64,000 nt of DNA. It comes from Liolophura sinensis (lineage: Eukaryota). Below are positions 1-12,554 of the stretch, piece by piece; within the stretch, counting starts at the first letter, position 1, and every line of letters starts with the position of its first letter. Made by a program: the position numbers and the translations under genes. Location: NCBI RefSeq assembly GCF_032854445.1, contig NC_088295.1, forward strand, positions 32,082,510 to 32,146,509, given 5' to 3'. A model generated the notes under the pieces. That model was not told the DNA's origin. It saw only the letters and a list, made by a program, of their open reading frames with translations, and did no database searches.

Positions 1-12
1 TGCTGAGAATGA

Positions 13-483
13 TTACGCTAAAATATTTAATATGCTTACTTGAGCACCGCCTTGACAATAAACTATTGTTCTGTGATGAGCCATGTTTGTCACGCGGAAG
101 ACAGGAATAAAGCCAATCAACACGGCGACAGTCCAGATACATCCCATAGCAAGTCGAATCTTTCCCTTCGTCATAATCAATGGATATCTGAGAGGATATT
201 TTAAAGCGATGAGACAATCTAGAGCTGAAAACAGTACTGAAAAAGTAGACGCCAGTGATATCACGGTAGATTAGCATACAACCAATTCACAGCCTGGGAA
301 GGCTTTAATATATCGCCGGTTAAATATGACCTCCATAATACCGATGGTAAGTAAAGCTGCTTGTATATCATAAACTGCCATATTGATGGAGAATGCGTGA
401 TGATTTTTCCATTTACTTCCTTCCATCTGAATTAAGTAAATGTTACAAGGACCAGAAGGTTGCCAAGTGTTGCTATTGTTCAA
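13..483 (-). pseudogene. Rhodopsin-like (class A) GPCR fragment, TM2 to ECL2, running off the window start. One continuous frame carries a single in-frame TAA at 271-273.
   Basis: Minus-strand translation ...HHAFSINMAVYDIQAALLTIGIM (TM2, D2.50-like) - NRRYIKAFPGC (ECL1, Cys) - ELVVC*STVISLASTFSVLFSALDCLIAL (TM3, Cys3.25 exactly 24 residues before the D of a DRY-like DCL) - KYPLRYPL (ICL2 P..Y) - LAMGCIWTVAVLIGFIPV (TM4, W4.50, P) - TIVYCQGG (ECL2 Cys). The two listed ORFs (271..483 and 13..264) are the same frame, split only by the TAA. Confidence 0.45.
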
Positions 484-2169
484 ATTCCCTGAAAAATCAC
501 ACGTAGTGAGATTAAGGAAGTTGCACTAGTTGCCCCGGACCTGTTAAACTCAGAACTGTTTAGATCCATCCATTGACCGGTTTCAGCAAACCTACTGACG
601 TTTCGTATATCTGATTTTATCTGACCAAAATTTCTGGCTAAACTCACCTGTTATGTTTATATTTGTGCATTTTTTCGCGTGACCGGCTTTTCCCAAATAC
701 TAAATATATTTATCGTTATATTGTTCTGCCAGCATGCTTCATACAGCTGCTTCGATGAAGCGATATGATCTCCTCCTGTTTCATTGGCGCGAAATTATCA
801 GTGCAGGAAATTTTACCTATTGAACTGAATAAAAACAACCCATTTTATGCTGGTGTTATACACTAGCATTCAATTCTGCTGCGTGTTGATCCTTTTGAAA
901 TAGCGATGTCAAGATAAATCATCTTTTCGTGTAGGCAAGTTCGTGAAGCCTCTTCTAAAATGTTGATGAAATTGAAAATGATGAGGTAAGATTCATACAT
1001 GGAGAACTGAAATTTGCGCGTCAAAATGCACTCATTTGTGGGTTTTTTTCCCCATTTGTTAAGAGAGTTAAACGCATCGAAATATCACCTTTCTGCTCAC
1101 CTAAGGATTGTGACGAGTTGCTTCGAATAATCCTTTTGATGTACCATACTTCATTATTTAGCTGTATTCACTTGAACAGGTTCTTCTGTTATTTGGAATA
1201 CAACCTGGCTATGAACAAAGCTATAGAACTCGACATTTTTGTACCCCTTCGTGGCCTAAAGTTTCCTTGAGGTCATGGGTTCCGAACAGGTACTTGTACA
1301 TATTTCTGACCGTCTGCACTGTTGTTCATGTACATTGTAAGATATCGATGATTCATAGGCAGGAGAAATGCAATGTTCACGATTTAACATCGTCGCCTTC
1401 GATACAACATGCATCTTTGGCGGCATCCTCACGATTTGTATACAGATTTAAGTCATTCGCCTACATCCATTTGGTTGATGACATACGAATGTCTGTTTTG
1501 GCACCTAGATTGAGTTTCATCTTAGATGTATAAGGTTTATTGTATTAACACTGACAGTCATACATGAAAGCATGTAAGGGATTCATCGTCCGTAGTATAC
1601 GGACTATGTGGCAAGTCACTATGAAAACCAAATCTTCAAATGAGTCGTTCTCTTAGAACAATTTGTACTAAACAAATGTGTCCTCAGATCACAGTTTTGT
1701 CCAAAACACCCAGCCGTAAAGTGTCGCTCGATCCAATTCGTGCCGCCTTACAACAGAAATGTCCAGACACGACGTCACTGAATAAAATATTACACTATAC
1801 AAACCTTGTACGCAAACTCAGCACTTGACATGAATTTCCTGATCTCCAGCCTGTTCAAAACAATATCACGAGTTTTTATTCATGCTTTGATTCAAGTCCT
1901 CTATGCAGAACAAATTTACTGAAGCCATATCTAAGCATTATTCGCCTTTGTTTAGGTTGAAGTGTCCGGGCTACAGTACTGATACTTGCTTTCATATCGG
2001 TTATATATACAGTGATCTTACTTTGTTTTGATTTACATTATATACTTACAGTATTCGTTCATATCTGGAAAGAAGGTAAATCCGCGGTACACGAATTTGT
2101 TTGGATTGAAACCATATATCTACCATGGTGTAACTGTTCATTTTGAGGTTATTTGTACCATTCATCCCT

Positions 2170-2436
2170 GTTTGGCTCGAGGGGCCTCCGTGCACGGCCA
2201 AGGGGGTTAGTGTGCCATGCAATGACCCAGGAGTCTCACACCAATGCAGTCGCTGTGAGTTCAAGTCCAGCTAATGCTGGCTTCCTTTATGGTCATACGA
2301 GAGAAGATCAGCAACCTGTGGATGGTCGTGAGTTTTCCTCGGGCACTGTCCACTTTCCTCCCATCACAATGCTAGCCGCCGTCGTGTTAAGAAAATATTT
2401 TTGAGTATGGCGTACAAAAAGTAAACAAATAAATGT
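2170..2436 (+). mobile_element. tRNA-derived SINE, near full-length copy
   Basis: tRNA-like head with B-box 'gagttcaagtcc', conserved core 'cctcccatcacaatgctagccgccgtcgt', tail 'gagtatggcgtacaaaaagtaaacaaataaat'. Homologous to copies at 18344, 21455, 28575, 42193 and 57468. Confidence 0.7.
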
Positions 2437-2504
2437 TTGCGCCTTGCTTTGATGACGTCATATTTGCACTAGTGGTTTTTGTTTTTATTGACTTGATTTT
2501 GATT

Positions 2505-2645
2505 GTTGCTTAACGCCATACTCAAAGAATTTCCAATTACACGCTGGATTTTATGGGTGGCGGAAACCAGAATGTCTGGGGTAAACCACTTTTGCATGTT
2601 ACCCACTAATTTCCTCACGTGATATATACACACCGATATGGCGTA
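2505..2645 (-). mobile_element. SINE fragment (3' half), same family
   Basis: Reverse complement matches the 'ccacccataaaatccagcg...attctttgagtatggcgttaagcaac' core and tail. Confidence 0.5.
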
Positions 2646-2789
2646 ACACAAGTGGTGTTTAGAGAATGGTAGACTCAGTTAATGGTCACGCATGTCCTGT
2701 CCAAGGCCGGTTTTGAAACAGCACCTCTTGCGTACTAATGATTTTAAGGCAGGCACCTTTAACTACTCGGCCACAGTCCGCTCCTTGTT

Positions 2790-3240
2790 TTGATAAAATC
2801 TTATCTACTGTGTGGGCCCTTGTTTGGATTAAAGTCATATCTGCTATATTGGTCCTTCTTTTGATTAAAGTCATGTCTACTGGGTTTGTCCTTCTTTCTA
2901 TTAAAGTCATATCTACTGTGTTGGTCCTTCTTTTGATTGAACATATCTACAGCGTTAATCGTTTTTATTGAAGTCAAATCTAGTTTATGTAGGCCTTTCT
3001 TTTACTGAAATCTTATCTGTAATGTGTTGGTCTTCTACTTGATTTATGTATGTATTTGTTTGATTAGTGTTTTACTAAGTACCCCCTTTTGATTGAAGTC
3101 ATATTTTTCCTGTGTTGGTTCTTCTTTGAAGTCGTATCCATACTGTGTTGGTCTTTCTTTGATTGAAGTCATATATACTGCGTTGGTTCATCTTTTACCT
3201 CGTTTTAATTGAAGTCATATCTACTGTCTTTATAATACAT
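2790..3240. repeat. Imperfect tandem repeat, ~38-bp unit (ttgattaaagtcatatctactgtgttggtccttctt)
   Basis: Visible periodic reiteration of 'ttgattgaagtcatatctactg...ggtccttctt' with degenerate copies. Confidence 0.6.
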
Positions 3241-3334
3241 GTTTTCACTGAAGTTTCACTGATCTAGAGTGTTGATCCTTATGGTTGTTTCATAGCTTTT
3301 ATAGGTTTGATTGATTTATTTCGTTTATGAACTT

Positions 3335-3470
3335 TACTATTGTTTAACGCCATACTCAAGAATGTTTCTCTCACTCTCAGAATGGCGGTCAAATTTTGTG
3401 GGTGAAAGAAATTTGAGTGTTCGATGTAAATCACGGACCTTTGGCAAGTTAACCATGACCTTTGCCATGT
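3335..3470 (-). mobile_element. SINE fragment, same family
   Basis: 'taacgccatactcaagaatgtttctc...gaatggcggtcaaat' is the reverse complement of the SINE tail and core. Confidence 0.45.
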
Positions 3471-3582
3471 GTGACGAACATTCTAAACAAGTACTGTTGA
3501 CGGCTTATTGTCAGCAAAGCCCCACGAACCTTGAGAGCTTAGGAATCCACAAAGTCGATGTATATAAGTGTTTTAATTGAAG

Positions 3583-3830
3583 CCTTATCCAGATTAATGG
3601 TCATTGCATGGGCTGATAGCGCTTACCAGATGTATATACATACACTCCATGAAAACAATGACTCCTTATATCTTATTCAGATAATTGGTCATTGCATGGG
3701 TTGATAGCACTTGCCAGATGTATATATACATACACTCCACGAAAACAATGACTCCTTATGTCTTATTCAGATAATTGGTCATTGCATGGGCTGATAGCGC
3801 TTACCAGATGTATATACAGAAAGGGTAAAT
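3583..3830. repeat. Tandem repeat, ~82-bp unit x3
   Basis: 'cagataattggtcattgcatgggctgatagcgcttaccagatgtatatacatacactccatgaaaacaatgactcctta' repeated three times. Confidence 0.8.
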
Positions 3831-5694
3831 GTAAATGCCCACAGCCCAATGGACAGATAAGTATTATTGAAGCCTGTATAGCGATGTAATTATATCGGTG
3901 AATGCGAACCTTAATCGCTGAGGTTTGGTACAGAAAGAACATGAAACCGGAATGGACTTACACACTGGTAAAATTTAGGAAAGTAGCGATTTTACATACA
4001 TAATTTTAAAAACACAGCGTCTTACATGGACAAATGTAAACGATCAGATTTTTGGATGGAGAGTGGGATATAGACCTACCCATACCTGAACATGTTTATT
4101 GACTGTTACTATCGCAATGTAAAAGATTATTATTTCAAGAAAAAATACCTTAGGGCATCTTATAAATGTGGACTGTTTACTATAAAAGATAAACATATAA
4201 AATATAACTGCTGAACGTTAACTAGAAACAAATTCTAATAGTACAGTTGACAATAACTGTGAAAATGAGTTCTTGGTGTGACAGTGTTGTCTTTGAGGTA
4301 GTACAGCCACCGGCGGCTTTCAATACACATCAAAGTGAATTTCCATTTTACCTGCCTGCAAATAGTAAGTTCATCATACCATGTTATGTGAAGCCTGCCA
4401 CAGTACTGCTTGACGCACCAAGCATTTGCATGCATACATGTATAGTTAAAGAGGCTACATACCGAAGAATATTGGTTACAGACATTAAAGTATAATTTCG
4501 TTAAACTTGTTTGTTTCATACAAAGAATATTATTGTTGGTTGGTTTGTTTATTTATTTTCGTTTTTGATTTTGTTCAGTTTTTGTTTTCTCTTTGATATG
4601 CAGACACACTAGTAATTTACGTGCAAATACTATACAAAGGAATTAAAGTCGACTCATAAACTGCAGCTCCGTCCTTGCAGTCGTGTGCATCCAGAGCGGA
4701 AGCGTGGGCTAAAAGTGAGAATGAAGTTCAAAAGATGTCGACAAGCTACGTTTCGGGATGCCATTCTATGGATTTTCCATCCTCGTACGATAAATTCCAC
4801 AAAGCCGACTACAGTGAAAATTTAATAACTCTTTACGATGGTTAGTTTGAAGTACTGGAAGTTAACAGTTGGAAACTTTTGTCTCAACACTTTAATTTCC
4901 AAAGCCCCAAAATGAGCTTTAAGATAATATTTCAAATTTTGAGTTACATATATGTGAGAAACGGCTTTGTGAAATTGGCCGTCGCATATTGAATTATATA
5001 ATTATTACCATTGTAGTACTATATATATCGGAGATTTGCTGCATGAATTTTTCCGGGAAGTTACAATTTAGGATAAACTGAAAAAATTATTTTAAAATGG
5101 GCATGTCAATAATGGTGTACAAACCTCTAGGCCTCTTTTCCCTGTTATTCGAAGTCGGGTCATACCAAAGATTTTAAAAATGGCACTTGTTGCTGCCTCG
5201 TCAGAATAAAGAGGTTAGACCAAGACAGGTTGGCCCGGTGTCAGTATAATGTGACTGGGTGGTTTGTCATGTCTGGTATTTTCGGCATTATACTTTGGCG
5301 ACATGGAATCTCTCTGCCACCAGAAAACACAGTATATGTACACACACCTAATGACTCCTCGTCGTCATATGACTGAAACTTTGTTATCGTCAACGACCGT
5401 AGCAAGAAACTCCACTCGATTGACTGACGACACCGTTAAGTGCTGGTGGAATAAGTAGCATTTTGTTTATCAAGCTGTGCACTAAATGATGGATTCCCAT
5501 CTAGTTTTGATGTGCCATCAAGTTAAGGCAATGAAAGCCACTTGGATACCGAGATTTATAGATCAAGTGGTATTGGCAATTGGATCTGTTTAATGAAATT
5601 ATGTTTCGATACTATAGAGTTTAGGGATTCCCTATGATGCAATTTCTCTAAATACGACATCCCACGATCTGTATCCCCTTTCATCAAACAAATT

Positions 5695-6656
5695 TTGGAT
5701 ATCTTGGGCGAAATCTTTGACGATAGTAACCTAGATCTGGACGCTGAAGACATTGCTAAGCAGATGCTATGGTTTAATGAGCATATTCCCCTCAATATGA
5801 ACACCATGTTTTGGAAGGCCTGGTATAAGGCAGGCATTAAATATATGCATCGATTATTTAATGAGAATGGTATGCTTTATTTGCCAGATCAGTAATATAC
5901 AATGTATGGCATTTCCGTTGAGGATAACTTATCGTAGTTTACGGCACGCCATACAAGACAGGGAAATAACAAATGGTTTCGCTGTCTGTTTTCAGCGTAA
6001 AACTCACAAGGTTTTACAGTTAAAATGTAATTAAAATTAAAAAACATATACTGGCATCGTGTTTCAAAACTTGCCAAAGAACCAGCTGGGTTGAGTAGAT
6101 GGAAGAGTGAATTCATGGTAGACGATGCCTTATTGACAAACAGCTGTGTATTTTTTAACAAAACCTGTAAAATTAGTAAACTTAGGACTTCCACTTAAAG
6201 TTGTTATATATTACTATGCAAGAAATTTCGGTTTATGATTAATCAGGTTGATAGCCCTTTTGTACGGAATGCGGTGACACAGACACTTCATGTCTTCATG
6301 TCTTCTACCATTGTCCAATAAAATGCATACTTTGAAAAAAACTTGAAGAATGGTGGAAAACTGAGATAGAAGAGATAGAATGTTTAAATAAATGTGCTAT
6401 TATACTGGAGGCAGTACTATACAATAAAAATTCCCTTTTGACTTATTGTATATTACTAGGGAAGTGGTTCATACACAAATGTAACATTGAGGGTAAAGAA
6501 CCGATTTTCAAATCTTTTCTATACGAAATAAAAAATAATCTTAACCTTGAAAATTATATACATGTGAAAAATAATGGAATTTTTGACGACTTTCCAGAAA
6601 AATGGCCACAAGTATGTACATCACTTGAAAGTAGGCTTCATTTACAAGAGGCATGA
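5695..6656 (+). mobile_element. Non-LTR retrotransposon (CR1/L2-like) ORF2 C-terminal fragment, degraded
   Basis: ORF 5695..5895 '...HIPLNMNTMFWKAWYKAGIKYMHRLFNENGMLYL' matches the conserved post-RT motif of CR1/L2-type LINEs (F.WK.WY.KGI.Y..DL..ENG.FL). ORF 6438..6656 continues in another frame. Confidence 0.35.
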
Positions 6657-7392
6657 GTCACTTGATGTTTTTTCAATCTATATTGTAAGTTAATGGGTTC
6701 TACATGCGGGGGTATCTTTATTCATTTGTCAAGTGTGTATTCTAAACATGTTGGTATCATTGTCATTGGTGACCTGTAAAATGTAAAAGAGAATCAAGAT
6801 GAGCTTGTGAAGAAAAAAAAGTAGCAGTTTGTTGTCAGTTACCCGGTCATTTGGTTTGATCATGTACACACGAAATTACACCTAAGCTTGCATGTTTCCA
6901 AATTTATACATGTAACTATATGTCTAGAGTGTGTACAACTTGATTCTAATCAAAACCTGAAAACAATTTTATTGATGAATGCTGATTAAGTAGTTCCCAG
7001 GGAGGACACTTTGATGAGGTTAAGCCAAAACAAGCCTACCTGTGTCTCACAGGCGCGCCAGAGGTAAGCTTGTCTGTTGGTGGCAGTGATGTAAAGCGAA
7101 TTGCAAAGAGCTATGCGCTGTAAGGAGATATGGTGGTTGAAGATGAGGGTTTCTTAGGGGATTCCCCTCCAATCATATACCTGTGAGGCTCCCGTGGAGA
7201 GGGTTACGGTTTACGAAGAATCATAAATTACATGTACCTCACAGATAAACTTTCAGTGAGTGAAGTTTCTCACACGTGATACCGTTGCGTTTTAAATTTT
7301 TGACGATGTAATGTATTACACGTTTGGTTACGAGCCGGGATTAAGATTGATATATCCTAATCCCATCATCATGTTACTTGTTAATGTCAAGG

Positions 7393-7430
7393 TCACGTGA
7401 TAATGCGGATGTCACGTGATGAACGCACAT
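7393..7430. promoter_or_regulatory. Pair of palindromic E-boxes (tcacgtga) 20 bp apart
   Basis: 'ggtcacgtgataatgcggatgtcacgtgatg'; about 2.8 kb upstream of the PARP4-like ATG. Function is speculative. Confidence 0.15.
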
Positions 7431-10272
7431 CACCCAAAACACAACCGTGAACTCACCGTGGTGACACAAACTTCGTTGGTCCCCTTGTCGTTTGCGGAAG
7501 GTTTCGATGGTGGCATGCAAGTCTGTCATCTCATTCTGCAGTACTGTGTAAGTAAAATACCAGTGGTTGAGTTCATGATGTGAAAAGTAACGTCAAACGT
7601 AAACTTTATAGGCCTTTAAACGGAGATGTTTAATCTGTGTTGTTGTTGTATTCCACTTTGACACTTGCCTTACACTTAGCCCTACTGTATAGCTCTACCT
7701 GAAGGTAGGTACTGTACTGACTGTGAAATAATATCGGAGCGAAGGTGTCGTCATGCAGAACTACCTTACACTTCGGCATAAGCTTATACATGCCCAATAC
7801 CGCACACTTCAGAGTAAAATCAAATAGGATTGCCTTAGACTTCTGTGCTTTTTTGTCACTTACCCTGGTACCGGTATGCAAAAAATTTCGTTTAATTCCT
7901 GTTTAAATAAAATGTGATTGCCTACTGTTACTAGTACTAGCTAGAGCAGGAGAGATTGGTTGTGCTGTATACGATATGCATTAAGAGAAGGAATAGTAAC
8001 CCTTCAGATCATTGTTGCTTATATATTTAAAAATAGCTCCTGGACTTCCTGGTTTCATGCCCAGCAGGCCCTAGTCTATTCAAATTCAAATTCGACCGAC
8101 CGGGTTTGGATAGTGTTTGATTATTACTACATCATGGGCATAGGATATGATCAGGATGCGCATATCATATGGTACCATATTATGAGCATATGATGACCGT
8201 ATAATTTTACTACATACATACATAATTGTGCATTTTGCTACAATAGCCATAACTGTGAAGCTCTACAACCCTTTCAGCACGTTTCAGTGATAATCAAATG
8301 TGAAACAGTATTGAAATCCATGAGGGTACACCTGTAGAATTTGTCAGTAAAAGTGCATCCAGTTTTGGTTTCTGTCTATGTAGGCTTACCCTTTACAATC
8401 ACATGACAAAGTCAGCATGAAATCCCTACAATAGTGTAACTATTGTCACGTCTGCAGATTGTCTACAGTAGTGAAGTGACACAACATCATTCGCCTATGT
8501 TCCTACTTTGTACTGGTGTAGAAGTTTAACATCTACATTGTATTATATGTCCTTGGCGTTTACATGCTTTTATCAGAATAGTCCCAAACAGTAGGCTACA
8601 AGCACCAATCCTTTTCACACATGCAAACATGCGAATATGCTGAAGAGTTACCTTAGACTCGAATTTTTTTGAACATTTTTGAGCAGGCAAAAGTATTTGT
8701 CATTACACAAAGACACGATGTATTTGCTGCCAGTAAGTTCATAACAAAGACATCATGAATATTGCGAAATTCTGATCAGCAGGATGGCAGGATGGCATGA
8801 TGATATGCATATGATGTTGGGCCCACCATTATGACCATGAGCGGACGATCGTGTCAGGATACCAGTAGAGAGTAATTTGTTTATTTGATTGGTGTTTTTA
8901 CATGTGCGCATGAGCATGGGATATTTGGCTAGGATCCTGCTTTACCATTGGCCAATGCATAGGTTTTTTGGTCTTACTTGGCTGCTACCACCACCTATAA
9001 TCTGGACAAACAACAGAAATTAATAAATTTGTTTCTAGTGCACTGGTTATTACTTTCATACAATGAAAGATACATGCAAAGACCTCTCCACCCTTACCAC
9101 AAAGGAAACATTACACTGCATTGAAAGCTTCCTAACAGCATGGAATATGGAGGTATCCTGTCCAGGGCATCACAGAAGTATGGCTAACAAGGAGATAAAT
9201 ATTAACAGATTTCAGAATCAAACTAAAACCAAAAAGAATTCAACTCATTAGGATTCCAGTCTGAATCTGCCTGGCTAGAGGATCATGCCTCCGTATGCAC
9301 TTGCGGCTGTTAAGAAGATTTTTTGTTATACATCCTGAACAGCATAAAGCAACCAAAGCAAACAAACAAAACCAGAATTCTTCATACACAGCATGACATA
9401 CAGCAAGAAAAGAAAGAAAGCAAAGCTTATAAAGCAACACCCAGTACAGCTGAACAGGCAAAACAAATCAACTAAATAATACATAACACCAAATGAAAGT
9501 CAGGTAAGCATACAGTGAGGTCTTTGTGATCAGTCTGTCGTGACATATGGACAACATGCCTCATCTGAATTACCTACCCTGTCACATGACAGCTGCTGTG
9601 ACGCAACATGAGATAAGTTTTCGAGCTGTACAACTGCGAGAAGCTGGACCTGGCATACTGAATTAGGCCTGTTCAGTACATTCATGTGTACATGTACATA
9701 CCAGTTTTGTCATAACTGTGGCAACTGTAGGCCTATGCCAGGCTGCAGAAAAACATTTAGAGTTTCAGGTTTTAAATGAAGTATGTGTTTTTCAGCTTAG
9801 GTAGAGTATACACATTTGATGGAGTTTACTGAAGCTGTATATTTGTTGTACATGTACAATATCGTACATGTATTTTCATTAAGGTTTTTTTAAAATTTCT
9901 TTTGAATGGCCTAAAAAAATTATATAGCATTTATCCTTGGCTTTTCAAATCAGTTTACAAAATTAAAATAGATCTTAAAGGTAGGTCTTCAACCAGCTTA
10001 TATCAAATTATTTTTTATTTGTCCATGTATCAGTACATGTACACATATCATCAAGAAGTTTCCTACATGGAACTTCACAAAAATACCAGAGATTCACTTT
10101 ACAATAAAAGGAATCATTCATGTATTTGTTTAGAACATATCTCTTTGGATGTAAATGTGAATTGTAATATGTGGACAAACTTTGAACAGATTTCGAAATC
10201 ATGCAATTTGCCATTTAGTTGAGCTATAATAAGTAATCAGGATTTATGTTGATTTTGTTTCAGGAGTGAAAC

Positions 10273-10437
10273 ATGAAGATTGCAGCAGAAGAAATGATAC
10301 CCGAGATGCTCTCGGTATTTGAAGGTCTCAAAGTCGTATTTGAGCTAGACTCTAATGTTCGATATAAACAGAAGACTGCTCTCAAAGAACTCGTTATTAA
10401 AAATGGAGGTGTTGTGTCTTACATTCTTACCAAACAG
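10273..10437 (+). CDS. PARP4: PARP4-like exon 1 (start codon; BRCT N-terminal part)
   Basis: MKIAAEEMIPEMLSVFEGLKVVFELDSNVRYKQKTALKELVIKNGGVVSYILTKQ aligns to human PARP4 N-terminus (..IFANCIFCLKVKYLPQQQKKKLQTDIKENGGKFSFSLNPQ). Donor cag|gtgagg. An acceptor (tttcag) lies 11 nt upstream of the ATG, implying an upstream 5'UTR exon. Confidence 0.85.
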
Positions 10438-10796
10438 GTGAGGTGTATGAGAGTCATTAACTTGTCCAATATCATGCTGTTAATGTGTATATTACAGTAT
10501 GTGTTGTTTCTAATCATGAAAGTGGCTAACACATGTTCACATTTAAGCATTTAAGGTAGTGATGACCATAATTTAACTGGTCAAGAAAGGATACCAGTTA
10601 TATTATTATATTATTGAATACACGTCAACCTCATTGTTCAAGGTTGTGATCGAACCAGCACTTAACCATCTAAGCCAGCAAGGCCACAGTAATGCTTCAA
10701 AAATGTTCTAAAGTATATGTGTGGGGCATTAAAGGGTGAAAAACACTACTTTAAAAAAAGAAAGTATGAATGTGTATGATGTTGTTGTTGTTGACA

Positions 10797-10987
10797 GTGC
10801 TCTTACCTGGTTGTCAGCAGTAAGGAGAAGGCCCAGTCTTACAGGTGTCAGACAGCCAGCAAGTATGGCGTCCCCTGTTGTCCTCGTGAACTTCCTGCAG
10901 GACTCTGTCAAAGCTGGAAAACTTCAAGACTTTCGAAAATATCTTGTCATAAAAGAGGACTTAAAGATTTCAGACGATAAAATCAAA
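10797..10987 (+). CDS. PARP4: PARP4-like exon 2 (BRCT), with an apparent +1 frameshift at the cccc run 10871-10874
   Basis: Frame A: CSYLVVSSKEKAQSYRCQTASKYGVP. After removing one C: VVLVNFLQDSVKAGKLQDFRKYLVIKEDLKISDDKIKG. Together these align to human CTHIILDNADVLSQYQLNSIQKNHVHIANPDFIWKSIREKRLLDVKNY. Acceptor ttgacag|, donor aaag|gtttga. Confidence 0.75.
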
Positions 10988-11670
10988 GGTTTGAATATAA
11001 ACCTTATGTCATCTTAGATTTGCAACATACAGTCAGTGTTCTGAAATTATCGCAGTTTTAGTCCTGTTTTAGTTGTAGTAAGGATTACTGTATGTGTAAA
11101 GAGGTAGGGCTTCAGAATCATCACTGATTGGCTGCTGTACAAGATAAGTTTAAATAGTTACTGTTGATTTATTTGATGTGCACTCAAGTGTGACCAATGT
11201 TACACAGTTTAACTGAGTCAACAGAACTCAGCCAGTCCCTGTCAGTCTTGTATCCTTCTAAAGAGAAATATATGTGATGACAGTTTAATCAGAACAGTTT
11301 TAAATATGTTTTTTCACCTTCTTCAACTTACATGCAGTAAAGTTTAATATCTCATATTCACCTTTTACACACACTGTCATTGTTGACACCCAGTGAGTGT
11401 TATGAAAACAATGCCCATACTTTGGTGACATGAACTATCATGCCACAAGAAGACATACTATATATACACACACCGAGTGACACCTCCTCATCACATAGTA
11501 TTGAAAAATTGTTAAGTATGATGTTAAACTCAAGTGTACTTGTATACATATTTTGTTATGTCAATGGAATATGCCAGTGTCTCCATATCAAGTATGACTT
11601 ACCATTCTGCAGACATACGTAAACATACATGTTAGATGATGTAGTACATTGCTCCAGTTCATTTTTTCAG

Positions 11671-11813
11671 AGTCTCCAAAAAGCCTGAGGATTCAGCGCC
11701 ATCAGGAAGAAGACATTTGTGATATCAGTTCCAAAGTGTGGGATCAGAATGACAAGAATAAACCACAGTTTGAGGAAGAATCGTTTGAATTGGCAAAGTG
11801 TGCAGTGTTTCAG
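11671..11813 (+). CDS. PARP4: PARP4-like exon 3
   Basis: (E)SPKSLRIQRHQEEDICDISSKVWDQNDKNKPQFEEESFELAKCAVFQ, compare human ...PQDFEVAKYNTLEKV. tttttcag| acceptor and cag|gtattg donor; phase consistent with exon 2. Confidence 0.7.
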
Positions 11814-12063
11814 GTATTGTGTTACAGTACCTATAAACACACATGTTTTTGTTATTAAAATTATTATTATTGAAAGTATCAGTGTTGGAAAATAAGCCCT
11901 AGCTAATTTACACTACATTTTCGACCTATTTGATTTAAAATGTTTGATTCATGTATCTGTCTTGTCTTACCTGATAAGCTGTAACATACTTGTAATGTTT
12001 GAAGATGGCATTTTGAATTTTAGCTTTATAAATTTCCTGCTCCTTTTATTTTCTCCTCAAAAG

Positions 12064-12189
12064 GCCAAGCAGAACATAATATATGTGTTTGAAATCCATG
12101 CATCCAAAAAGCAAGAGGTGATAAGAGGTCAAGAGGTGACAAAGATTGATCATCCAAGATTCAGGCTGTTTTCTCAACAGTATTCACAG
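12064..12189 (+). CDS. PARP4: PARP4-like exon 4
   Basis: AKQNIIYVFEIHASKKQEVIRGQEVTKIDHPRFRLFSQQYSQ; ctcctcaaaag| acceptor, cacag|gtactt donor; phase 0-0. Confidence 0.6.
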
Positions 12190-12554
12190 GTACTTAATCT
12201 TTAAGTTTTCTTTGGAGTGCTTTGTATCGTATTTGGATGCACAAGAAGCAGACCTGAACAGACATTTATTGCACCTACACATACAACATGCCTGTGAAAC
12301 AGATGTGGTATTTTTGAGGTTTCAGTGAAAAAACAATGTGAACCAAAAATACATGTATTGTGGACTTTATCAAACCTTTATCAAACATTCAGACTACATG
12401 GACATATATGTATACTGTAGTCAATGTTTATTTGTACAAGACTACAACCAAATCCAAAATAACCAAGTTCTCACCCTCTTCTCCAGATCATGGGCATTTG
12501 TATGATTACCATGTTGCTTACCGTGCAGTCTCTTACTGTAGAGTTCCATTTATT

